NCBI GenBank assembly: GCA_043228905.1
Contig: JBHGNT010000012.1
Location: forward strand, 11,532,001-11,596,000
Source: Azolla caroliniana
Taxonomy: Eukaryota; Plantae; Polypodiophyta
DNA: 64,000 nt
Direction: 5' to 3'
Made by a program: the position numbers and the translations under genes. The notes beneath the pieces were generated by a model. The model was not told the origin of the DNA, searched no databases, and saw only the letters and a list, made by a program, of their open reading frames with translations. Below, one piece after another: positions 63,501 to 64,000 of this stretch (positions are counted from its first letter, which is position 1; each line of letters opens with the position of its first letter).

Positions 63501-64000
63501 GAACCGGATGAAGAGTACCCGTCTACGGAGATCCGGATGATACATACCCGGTATGAACCGGATGAGGAGTACCCGGCTACGGAGAGCCGGATGGTGCAGA
63601 CCCGGTATGAACCGGATGAGGTGTACTCGGCTTCGGAGAGTCGGATGATACAGACCCAGTATGAACCGGATGAGGAGTACCCGGCTACGGAGAGCCGGAT
63701 GGTGCAGACCCGGTATGAACCGGATGAGGAGTACCCGGCTTCGAAGAGCCGGATGATACAGACCCGGTATGAACCGGATGAGGAGTACCCGCGTACGGAG
63801 AGCCGGATGGTGCAGACCCGGTATGAACCGGATGAGGAGTACCCGGCTTCGGAGAGCCGGATGATACAGACCCGGTATGAACCGGATGAGGAGTACCCAG
63901 CTACGGAGAGCCGGATGGTGCAGACCCGGTATGAACCGGATGAGTACCCGGCTTCGGAGAGCCGGATGATACAGACCCGGTATGAACCGGATGAGGAGTA
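57502..64000 (+). mobile_element. Third family A LTR whose U3 repeat region is expanded into the array (runs off the window)
   Basis: Starts TGTTGGGAGACAGGTCCCTCCGGATGG, compare TGTTAGGAAACAGGTCCCTCCGGATGG at 8327. Confidence 0.85.
57573..64000 (+). repeat. 54-bp tandem (satellite) array, about 119 monomers visible, continuing past the window end
   Basis: Consensus GAACCGGATGAGGAGTACCCGGCT(A/T)CGGAGAGCCGGATG(GTG/ATA)CAGACCCGGTAT, with mostly alternating variants and occasional 51-bp units. Confidence 0.99.

Noticed and set aside
57573-64000. CRISPR-like array
   Set aside because: No unique spacers, the whole unit repeats, there are no cas genes, and the context is eukaryotic retroelements.

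Overview
Plant-type heterochromatic window (probably a non-seed plant, inferred from a Tcn1-like Gypsy and tRNA-Trp-primed Gypsy-type elements). It is built almost entirely of nested, mostly decayed LTR retrotransposons, and I see no host gene. Components: a Tnt1-like Copia family 'A' (8327-11141, 51358-57300, solo LTR 40337-40936, further LTRs at 57301 and 57502); a second Copia family 'B/E' with an extra domain after RNase H (11142-19280, 31980-37851 on the minus strand, 46072-51357); an old AT-rich Copia 'C' (20578-38661); chromodomain Gypsy 'D' (22735-29737, 43057-45707); a non-chromovirus Gypsy (2478-6728); and three pol-less, gag-only, tRNA-Trp-primed elements (1-2477, 11738-15249, 52547-55575), two of which show a 4-bp TSD. 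Highlights: (1) the last 6.4 kb is a 54-bp tandem array that starts inside a family-A LTR and matches a short U3 repeat present in 2-3 copies in the sister LTR at 8327, i.e. a satellite arising from an LTR, with layered higher-order structure; (2) an insertion bounded by two inverted U3 ends whose removal restores the host reading frame; (3) a tRNA-derived Pol III promoter-like module inside the LTR of a young gag-only element; (4) a duplicated PPT bracketing a conserved pol C-terminal extension. All coordinates and alignments were read by eye.
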